Positions 19,501 through 26,384 of a DNA stretch of 46,671 bases are shown here, piece by piece. The first letter of the stretch is position 1, and every line of letters begins with the position of its first letter. The DNA is taken from NCBI GenBank assembly GCA_013166775.1, contig JABLTJ010000028.1, positions 1 to 46,671 on the forward strand, given 5' to 3'. The stretch is from Promethearchaeati archaeon (GTDB lineage Archaea; Asgardarchaeota; Heimdallarchaeia; Heimdallarchaeales; Heimdallarchaeaceae). The notes under the pieces were generated by a model. The model ran no database searches, was not told the DNA's origin, and saw nothing but the letters and a program-made list of their open reading frames with translations. A program made the position numbers and the translations under genes.

Positions 19501-20251
19501 ATTTAATGCAACAGTGATAGATGCAATCACAGGAGTCGAAAATGTAACTCTAGTGATTCTCTACAATGACGTAGAATATACAATCAATATGACACAGGTA
19601 GGAACGACGTCGACATATACTGCAAGTTTCAATCTGGCAAATATACCACTAGACAGTTATGGTACCTATGCATTACAATATCAAATAATTGCTGAGGATG
19701 TGGTTGGAAATAGTGTTTCAACAACAGTGAATAGCTTATCTGTTCTTTACCAAAATCCACAAGGGAGTCCTGGTGGTTTTACGGGAAGTTGGGGTGCTAT
19801 AATTGGAGCTTCAGCAGGCGGTCTTGTAGCTATTATTGCTGTTTTATTCTTGTGGATCAATCGTCATACAATTCAAACATTTGCAAAGAAACAAACCTTC
19901 AGACGAAGACTCAGAGACTATTTAAGGGAAATAATCGAAGACATAAAGAAAGATGGTTTGGAAGGCAGATATAAAGAAGGAATACTAAAAACATGGAGAG
20001 TTGTTGAGGGAATAGGAAGGGAATTCTACAATTTACCAAGATATAGGAGTCAAACTCCTATGGAATTTTCACGATTACTTGCTCAGAAGGGTAAAATTGA
20101 GCGTGAGCTCCTATATACTCTTCTAGAGTATTTCACAAAAGCACGATATGGATATGAAGAAATCACAGAGAATGATTTCAATTCCGGTGTTCGTGCTCTC
20201 TTAAAAATAGTAGATAAAATCGAAGTAGGTGAAATGCAAATTGAGTCATAG
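16577..20251 (+). CDS. Large cell-surface glycoprotein with multiple Ig-like repeats, C-terminal TM and cytoplasmic DUF4129-like domain
   Basis: Signal peptide; repeats of type DxxAPTI..DVGSGI..YYIIAKDYAGH and TPPTIS..DAITGV..YQIIAEDVVGN; TM WGAIIGASAGGLVAIIAVLFLWI; then YKEGIL..QTPMEF..FTKARYG. Confidence 0.8.
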   Translation: MALTFNKIFTIIFVLGILTSNILTVLPSSEESDEKINSFNQYSDFLNNQDFLLSNQKSHSHSNYYAANHLTDNLEEDIEKTSIKCTSPIMEDLIIERRQSFIDQEPSIKKSVSDPTNYTEFYRGDNIDIAGKLWDGVTFWEGETVEIYYNITQAQFLSDITGYRASIYRIQDVVTDSFGNFTYSIPTSDLSIDITSKVGDITIFTWFNGNYPEGRFAGSPGEAIVTVYGQVRLDVTPTVGNRDSPYSFYVELNFENGTRAPTSGTNFNIKVEWTEAGETHVDDIRTFTGSNDFLYTNTAPLAISNVTCDTSYALANLPFFNFKVFGDSTMSETVVTNTTIRETYDKAEVKAYYDTGTILDDSRIDVALDSFIILYANVSNSTQAMGAGYTVTIDFYNSSGLYNSTDVFTNSSGEITTIHYIDHNNFPTITGLDNFYIRFNLNPSEFPILIQGDILRADLTVNIGSVEVSIDDPTSFYTSGLDIDFGLVVKDEFGRILPYADFSIAFPGYGVFSDTAGSSGIYNTSNTIPIYILAEQTDTKTIIVDALAKTATYYKYLLPGATQGSDLFNMYYSLTLELRGEYDPDTITDGEDVDFWNNTYYSIFNPGSYNLTVTDQSGRNPIGAPFSITFEGKTISGTVTSLNNIIFLSLSFDILGYESDSGVDLSVAGIYVLQATAGEGDYASGNTITQNINIYGPDNDAPTITFVGLSPDPYDPGIHDPYYNITVTVAASDVGSGIRYVEIYYRILEEDNSTVSVGWTPVKMNFMGGDIYELVINTTLSDAQYYVQYYIIAKDYAGHGLDDLGAKQTNPIYYYDIGFGLEDMVYSQSLPDFYQVGDIAKPIEEAAPTIVDSLDPLNPYLNITVYVNDTQIYSGMASVALDVYVFDNATGLEVDNYQVDMVNNPGTNEWFYQLQGVYNSDIIWRYVARDGASPLPNNLFGSQMVYSVVEFTPPTISNIFLDYNGTVVLHDSLIIFNATVIDAITGVENVTLVILYNDVEYTINMTQVGTTSTYTASFNLANIPLDSYGTYALQYQIIAEDVVGNSVSTTVNSLSVLYQNPQGSPGGFTGSWGAIIGASAGGLVAIIAVLFLWINRHTIQTFAKKQTFRRRLRDYLREIIEDIKKDGLEGRYKEGILKTWRVVEGIGREFYNLPRYRSQTPMEFSRLLAQKGKIERELLYTLLEYFTKARYGYEEITENDFNSGVRALLKIVDKIEVGEMQIES

Positions 20252-20696
20252 TGGAATCTTTGGATTCTTAAGAAAAAGAAAACAAGTAAAATCTCTAAAT
20301 CAAATGTTTACTTCAGTAATGGCTGATGTGAGAATCTTTGAACAAAGACAAGACTACAAAGGAGCAGTAATTGCTTCTTTTGGAGGATTAGCTAGCATAG
20401 CAGGTGGATTGCTGGAAATGTCCAGATCTCCTTCTCAAACAGGTAGAGAATTTGGTTTTGCTGTTGCTGGTAGAGCTAACATCTCTAATGAAGTAATGGA
20501 TGAATATCTTACATCATTTGAAATTGCTAGATATACTGACGCTGAAATTACTTATGATGACTATCAAGAAGCAATCCAAAGGCTAGATATCTGTTTCCGT
20601 GGAATAAGAGAACAGGGTGTAGAAGTTATTGAGCCAGCAAAGAAATCAACAAAGAAACCAACAAAGAAGAGAAAAACAATCAAGACGAAGACCTAG
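20229..20696 (+). CDS. Stand-alone soluble DUF4129-like protein with Lys-rich tail
   Basis: YKGAVIASF..SQTGREF..FEIARY matches the neighbouring DUF4129-like domains. The start could be the TTG at 20241. Confidence 0.75.
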   Translation: MKCKLSHSGIFGFLRKRKQVKSLNQMFTSVMADVRIFEQRQDYKGAVIASFGGLASIAGGLLEMSRSPSQTGREFGFAVAGRANISNEVMDEYLTSFEIARYTDAEITYDDYQEAIQRLDICFRGIREQGVEVIEPAKKSTKKPTKKRKTIKTKT

Positions 20697-22305
20697 AATA
20701 AAACTATCATTTACGAAATATTCGATAGGGATGTTTATTCTCTTCATGATCATAGTAGTACCTATTTTCCTAGGGATAGTAGGTCTGGGTGGTTATGGTA
20801 CAAAATTCAGTATATATAGTGAAAGTTGGGATGGGCTTTCAAGTTTGCGATTGGCTTTGGAATCAGAAGGCTATACTAATATAACAAATGGAATGTCATC
20901 TCTTGCTGTATTAAATAGAATGACTGAACCAGCTGTAGTAACCATAATAGGTCCTGCTGCAAGCTATGGACAAATTGATACAATATCCGTAGCTACATTC
21001 TTAGCAAGAGGTGGAAGTTTGATTGTTGCTGATGATTATGGTTCAGGTGCCCAAATTTTTCAACCTTTGTTTGATATCCTCAATACTTGGGATGAAGTAT
21101 CACAACTTAGTGGTGGCAGTATTCCCTCTCTGTCTGATCTCTTTTTGGGGAATCAAACTGATTCAGGTAATGTAACTGAAGCAAATCTACTCTTTTCAAT
21201 GATAGGGATGTTGAAAGGGTTTGCTTTTAATGGCTCAATTCTTATGGATGCAGAAAGTTATACAACCAATCCAGCTCAACCATTGTTAAAGAACATGGAA
21301 ACCTCTAATCCTCTAACTGCAGGGATATCTTTAGGATTACAAATGGAATTTGGTACAGTATTAAGCATAGCAGTGAATCATTCAGAGTACGTTGATAGTG
21401 GTCTTACTGAAACAGTAAAAACATATCGAACGGACTGGATGCCATTGCAAGCAGTATCTTTAGAATTATTTGGTCATGAAATACAGGATCAGTTTCTTCC
21501 ATTTCTACCGTTTTATACATCAAAATCTGCTTGGATGGAATCAGATTTTCAATCAGCAAGGAAAGGAATATCTACTCCTGATATTGATGAATGGGGTAAT
21601 GTAATGTTTGCACCAATTATGACCTTACCAATTGGTTTTGGAAAAATAATTATGATTGGTGATCCTGATATCTTTATCAATAAATGGATTGATAAAACCA
21701 CTGAGAACGATAATTTAATTTTTTCAAGAAATCTGTTTGAATACGTAACAGAGAATATGAACGCAACTAATGGACCAAAAAGTGTTCCTATTATATTCGA
21801 TGAAGGGCATTCACATCAAAAATTCTATAGTGCTTCGATTTATTCAATAATATTAATGAAATTAATTACAGAAATGTCAATGTTTCCACTTTATTCACCT
21901 TTTATTCCTCTATTTCTTGCAGTACTTGCTTATCCTCTAATTCCAAAGAAAACTCGATTGTCTCCGATTTTATGGACGAAATATAGAGGGGAAAAAGGTA
22001 AATCAAGATTTGAGAGGGAGATACGAAGAATAGTGGATACGGGAGCGTACAGTGAAGCAGTAGGTTTACTGTATAGAACCTTATTGAGGGGATTAAGAAA
22101 GGTGTCAAAACAATCAATGGCGACACCTGAAGAAATAGTAGACTTTTTCATCACCAGAGATCCAGCTCTGACAACAAAAAATCTACTGCCCGAATTAAGA
22201 AATATTGATGCGTATTTAGCAAGACCACGTATTCTTCCAGAACACGTGTTCATGCGATACATGACGTTCATTAAAAGTTTAATTGACAGATTACCAAGAA
22301 TGTAA
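20629..22305 (+). CDS. DUF4350-like membrane-anchored protein (operon B) with degenerate DUF4129-like C-terminus
   Basis: TM, then FSIYSESWDGLSSL, FLARGGSLIVADDYGSG, GFGKIIMIGDPDIFIN, IIFDEGH, second TM, and C-terminal YSEAVGLLY..ATPEE. Confidence 0.8.
   Translation: MSQQRNQQRNQQRREKQSRRRPRIKLSFTKYSIGMFILFMIIVVPIFLGIVGLGGYGTKFSIYSESWDGLSSLRLALESEGYTNITNGMSSLAVLNRMTEPAVVTIIGPAASYGQIDTISVATFLARGGSLIVADDYGSGAQIFQPLFDILNTWDEVSQLSGGSIPSLSDLFLGNQTDSGNVTEANLLFSMIGMLKGFAFNGSILMDAESYTTNPAQPLLKNMETSNPLTAGISLGLQMEFGTVLSIAVNHSEYVDSGLTETVKTYRTDWMPLQAVSLELFGHEIQDQFLPFLPFYTSKSAWMESDFQSARKGISTPDIDEWGNVMFAPIMTLPIGFGKIIMIGDPDIFINKWIDKTTENDNLIFSRNLFEYVTENMNATNGPKSVPIIFDEGHSHQKFYSASIYSIILMKLITEMSMFPLYSPFIPLFLAVLAYPLIPKKTRLSPILWTKYRGEKGKSRFEREIRRIVDTGAYSEAVGLLYRTLLRGLRKVSKQSMATPEEIVDFFITRDPALTTKNLLPELRNIDAYLARPRILPEHVFMRYMTFIKSLIDRLPRM
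20638..20669 (+). repeat. 12-nt tandem repeat (CAAAGAAAYCAA, about 2.7 copies) inside a gene overlap
   Basis: caaagaaatcaa caaagaaaccaa caaagaag read directly from the sequence. Confidence 0.7.
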
Positions 22306-22316
22306 AAAATGGAAAA

Positions 22317-23333
22317 GTGAAAAAAATGAGTGAAGAAGAAAAAGTTGAACCCAGTCCCAAAGTGAAAACAAAAACAGCTACTGAAGCTGTTGTCACACCA
22401 AAGGATGTCAAAAGAGTATGGGAAGAAATCTATAGCGAGATTAAACGTGTTATAATCGGAAAATTAGATGTTTTAGAAGACATGTTTATTGCTCTTCTTG
22501 CTGGTGGGCACTGCTTACTAGAAGGTGTTCCAGGAATTGCCAAAACTGTAATGGCTAAAACCTTTTCTCAAACACTTGGTTGTGAGTTCAAAAGAGTACA
22601 ATTTACTCCAGATCTTTTGCCTTCAGATGTAGTTGGTACGACCATCTATGATCCTAAAGCAGGAACTTTCAAAATGAGAAAAGGACCAATATTCACTAAC
22701 ATCTTACTAGCAGACGAAATCAACAGAAGTCCTCCAAAGACTCAAGCAGCTTTGCTAGAAGCTATGGCTGAGAAGCAAGTAACAGTAGAAGGAACAACCT
22801 TTAGACTCGAAGATCCATTCCTCGTCATTGCTACACAAAATCCAATCGAACAAGAAGGTACATATCCTCTCCCAGAAGCTCAAGTAGACAGATTTATGTT
22901 TAAGCTTCTAGTAGATTTACCATCGCCTGAAGAAGAAATGGAAATTATAAAACTAAAGCACAAACAAATCAGACAAACTGTTAGAAGAGTAACAACTCCA
23001 ATGACTATTAACAAAATGAAAGAAACAGTTGAAACAAAAATATTCGTTCATGAGGATATCATGGTGTATATTAAAGACATAGTCGTAGCAACCAGAACTG
23101 ATCCCCGCTTGATACTTGGTGGAAGTCCAAGATGCAGTATTGCGCTCTTAAGTGCAGCAAAAGCTGTTGCTTCAATGCGAGGAAGAGATTATGTTATTCC
23201 AGATGATGTTAAGAGAGTCTCAAGAGTTGCCACTGCTCATAGATTACAAATGAAGCCTGAAGCTGAGCTAGAAGGAACAACTGGTACGATTGTGGTTAAT
23301 GAAATCCTTAGAAATCAAGAAGTACCGGTATAA
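22317..23333 (+). CDS. moxR: MoxR-family AAA+ ATPase (copy B)
   Basis: GVPGIAKT, RVQFTPDLLPSDVVG, LLADEINR, ATQNPIEQEGTYPLPEAQVDRF, GGSPR. The likely start is the ATG at 22326. Confidence 0.96.
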   Translation: MKKMSEEEKVEPSPKVKTKTATEAVVTPKDVKRVWEEIYSEIKRVIIGKLDVLEDMFIALLAGGHCLLEGVPGIAKTVMAKTFSQTLGCEFKRVQFTPDLLPSDVVGTTIYDPKAGTFKMRKGPIFTNILLADEINRSPPKTQAALLEAMAEKQVTVEGTTFRLEDPFLVIATQNPIEQEGTYPLPEAQVDRFMFKLLVDLPSPEEEMEIIKLKHKQIRQTVRRVTTPMTINKMKETVETKIFVHEDIMVYIKDIVVATRTDPRLILGGSPRCSIALLSAAKAVASMRGRDYVIPDDVKRVSRVATAHRLQMKPEAELEGTTGTIVVNEILRNQEVPV

Positions 23334-23356
23334 TGAAACTGAATAGGTGAAAAAAT

Positions 23357-24811
23357 TTGTTCACACGCCGTGGTGGTTGGTTAGTCTTTGCTGGAGTGAT
23401 AATGATTAGCGTAGGCTTTGCATTAGCAGGATATCTTTCACTGAATGTTATGTTCGATTCATTTGGTTTTAGTCCATCACCGAATTCGACAGTACCAGGG
23501 GAATCTGAATCCACAGAAGGATTTGGTGTGATGGATTTCTTGCATTTCTATATGGACAGACAAGGGACCTTAATCTGGTTCTTTATAATTGGCGGAGTAA
23601 TGTTAATATTCTCAGTGCTTTTGGGGTTGCCATTTTACAGACTAGGAGCAAATCCTAAATCAATAGAGATTAAGAGAAGAGTTTCAAAGCCTAAAGCCTT
23701 CGCTGGGGACTATATGTATATAGAGGTAACTGCACGAAATAGATCAGTTAACCAGTTACCAACGGTGGAAATATATGATGCTATTCCTGAAGTATTCGAC
23801 TTGGTACTAGGAGAAAACTTCATAGTGGCGCAATTGAATCCGAGACAAACTGTAACTTATGGTTATATTGTCCGCATCCCAATTAGAGGACTGTTTGAAA
23901 TTGGTCCAACAAAAGTAATTATTAGGGATAGAATGGGTTTCTATGCAACAGAAGGGGAAATAAAAACAAAAACAGAAATTTTAGTATACCCAAGCTATGA
24001 AGATGTTAAGAAACTAGAGATGATAGGAAGGAAAAGACAATTAGGAGTATTGTTTGGATTCCACAGGACAAAAATAAAGGGTATGGGTACGGATTTCTGG
24101 GGTATCAGACAGTATCAAACTGGTGATCCTTTCAAATTCATAGATTGGAAAGCATTCTCTAGATCTGGTAAAATGATGGTGCGTGAATATGAATCTGAAG
24201 AAAACATCCGAGTTGTGATTTTACTAGATTCATCAGCAAGTATGGGAGCTGGTCTTCCACGTAATACTAAACTAGAATATGCTATCCGAAGTGCTGTGCT
24301 TCTGATACATCTTGCTTTTGAAAAAAGCGATATAGTTGGTTTGTGTGTTTATGATGATAAAATAAGAAATTGGATAGAGATGACCTCTGTACGATCGCAA
24401 TTGTTCCAATTTCTAGAAGCTCTTGCACATGCAAAACCACAAGGAGAAGCTGATATGGAAGTAGCTATAGACTATGTTCTTCAACGTGTTAAGCGTGCAG
24501 CTTACGTAGTAGTTCTTTCTGATCTTGAATCCAATCCTCAAAAAGTTGTTAATGCTGTTCGAAGAGCTCGTGCAAGAAAACATAATATTACAGTTATATC
24601 CCCATTTGGACCCTGGTTTGAAATCGTTTCACAACAACTTTCACCTGTAGAACAAATGATTGGTCATGCAATGGTTGAGAAACAACTTGGAGAACGACAA
24701 AACATGTTTAAATTACTTCGTCGATACGATTCAACATCGGTTTCTGTAGGACCAGATGATTTCTTGCCCACAATTATGGCTCAATTTAATAGAATGCAAA
24801 GACAAGGGTGA
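23357..24811 (+). CDS. DUF58 / vWA-domain MoxR partner (copy B)
   Basis: Two N-terminal TMs, Ig-like domain, GMGTDFWGIRQYQTGDPFKFIDWKAFSR..REYESE, MIDAS DSSAS, TKLEYA, LSDL; AGGTGA SD before a TTG start. Confidence 0.92.
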   Translation: MFTRRGGWLVFAGVIMISVGFALAGYLSLNVMFDSFGFSPSPNSTVPGESESTEGFGVMDFLHFYMDRQGTLIWFFIIGGVMLIFSVLLGLPFYRLGANPKSIEIKRRVSKPKAFAGDYMYIEVTARNRSVNQLPTVEIYDAIPEVFDLVLGENFIVAQLNPRQTVTYGYIVRIPIRGLFEIGPTKVIIRDRMGFYATEGEIKTKTEILVYPSYEDVKKLEMIGRKRQLGVLFGFHRTKIKGMGTDFWGIRQYQTGDPFKFIDWKAFSRSGKMMVREYESEENIRVVILLDSSASMGAGLPRNTKLEYAIRSAVLLIHLAFEKSDIVGLCVYDDKIRNWIEMTSVRSQLFQFLEALAHAKPQGEADMEVAIDYVLQRVKRAAYVVVLSDLESNPQKVVNAVRRARARKHNITVISPFGPWFEIVSQQLSPVEQMIGHAMVEKQLGERQNMFKLLRRYDSTSVSVGPDDFLPTIMAQFNRMQRQG

Positions 24812-26313
24812 TGATGAATATGGAATCTTTAGCCGATACAAAATTTATTGACCTTGGAATACGAGGTGTTCAACGTCGTATCCGTGGAACAAGATATCAA
24901 TCATTAATAACATATGTAGTGGGGAGACTGGTTGCCTTAGGTATTGTAGCTTGGGTAATCATTCAATTGTATAATCTTATTGATTTTGGAAATATCGAGA
25001 AATTTCCAGAAGGATATCTTTTTGACTCTTTAACATTCGTTTTTGTATTTCTTGAAATCATTGTTATTATATTCTTTTCATTACCTCTGATGCTTCTTCT
25101 ACTTCTTCCCATGAATGATGGTCAATCGGTAATGTTAGGGCTTCGTGCTTTCATATCAGAAGATTTATTTGGTGGAATAAATCCACCTGGAGGAATATCT
25201 CCTTCAGAATTCTTTGGTGGAGGAGCAACAAATCTTTTCGGCCCCTTTGTTAATCTCTTCAATAATGAAACGCTTCAACCATTAAAAGTTGCCAATAGAG
25301 CATCCATTCTCATGTTGGTAATAATTCTTTTTGGGGTATCCATCTTAGCTTTTCTTATACGAGCGGATATGCGTTCTGCAGCTAGTGCATTCATATGTAT
25401 TCAATTTGTTGTATTCTTTGGAAGTGTTCAGTTATTATTGCAAGGAAATTCTTTCTCATTTTCCCCTACAAATAGAATAGGTGATTTGTTCTCAAATCAA
25501 GTTGTTTTAATAGCTCTTGCATCTTATCTATTTCTCGAGGTGGCTTTGCAGATATCCTATATCTCGCAAATTTTGAATCCTGCTCAAAGCAGACAAGAAA
25601 GAGTTTTAAGAGCACTAGATCGCTTGCGAGAATTTAGATTAGGAATAACTGGGGCAGAAGAAGAAACACTACAAACAGTGGAAGACGAGGATGAAGAAAA
25701 GAAAGCCTCTCTCTCAATAGGTGGAGCGGGGAGTAGTATTGCACGAAGATTTGGTTTAGCTGGTATGAGCTACTTCATAGAGAAAGCTTCTGATTCTTTG
25801 TTCGCTAAACCTGGTGGACAAAGAGATAAACTTACATCAAGATTACAGAGATACCATGATGGCTTAGTACATAGCGATGCTCAAGTTGACGACAAGTTGG
25901 TTGGTGCATCAATAGCTGTTAAACCACTAATGACATTAGTTTATGTTTTAGTTTCTGTGATTTTCCGCGTAGGTATAATGCTCGCAGGTTTATACGCTAT
26001 TCTTAATCCTGATATACTACTTTTCGTTTTAAGATATCCACCATCAATTTACAATTCATTGGAAATGCTAGAACCAGAAGGTGTTGTTCTATTATTAATC
26101 CCTATTGTCATTTTCATACTCCTGTTAACCTCTTTGGTAGGATACATCCAAGAGAGATTTTCTTCAAGATTCGAAGAGGAACTAGATCCACTTCTTGAGG
26201 AAATTCAATATGTTGAAGAAGACAGACCTGGAATAATTACAGAAGGTGGACTAACACCTATCACTGAAGAAGATGTATTCTACGAAGAATTAACAGCAGA
26301 ATTCGAAGAATAA
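24808..26313 (+). CDS. Polytopic membrane protein with long acidic C-terminal tail (last gene of operon B)
   Basis: About 7 hydrophobic segments; tail EEELDPLLEEIQYVEED..EEDVFYEELTAEFEE; start overlaps or abuts the DUF58 stop. Confidence 0.75.
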   Translation: MMMNMESLADTKFIDLGIRGVQRRIRGTRYQSLITYVVGRLVALGIVAWVIIQLYNLIDFGNIEKFPEGYLFDSLTFVFVFLEIIVIIFFSLPLMLLLLLPMNDGQSVMLGLRAFISEDLFGGINPPGGISPSEFFGGGATNLFGPFVNLFNNETLQPLKVANRASILMLVIILFGVSILAFLIRADMRSAASAFICIQFVVFFGSVQLLLQGNSFSFSPTNRIGDLFSNQVVLIALASYLFLEVALQISYISQILNPAQSRQERVLRALDRLREFRLGITGAEEETLQTVEDEDEEKKASLSIGGAGSSIARRFGLAGMSYFIEKASDSLFAKPGGQRDKLTSRLQRYHDGLVHSDAQVDDKLVGASIAVKPLMTLVYVLVSVIFRVGIMLAGLYAILNPDILLFVLRYPPSIYNSLEMLEPEGVVLLLIPIVIFILLLTSLVGYIQERFSSRFEEELDPLLEEIQYVEEDRPGIITEGGLTPITEEDVFYEELTAEFEE

Positions 26314-26340
26314 AACGAAGATAAAAAATATCTTCACTCA

Positions 26341-26380
26341 TTTTTTCAAATTAAAGGAATAAAAATAAAAGAAGGAAGAG
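26341..26380. terminator. Candidate bidirectional T-tract terminator region between convergent genes
   Basis: TTTTTT on the + strand at 26341 and an A-rich tract (T-rich on the - strand) at about 26354-26380, between the operon B stop and the EF-2 paralog stop. Confidence 0.4.
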
Positions 26381-26384
26381 AGTT

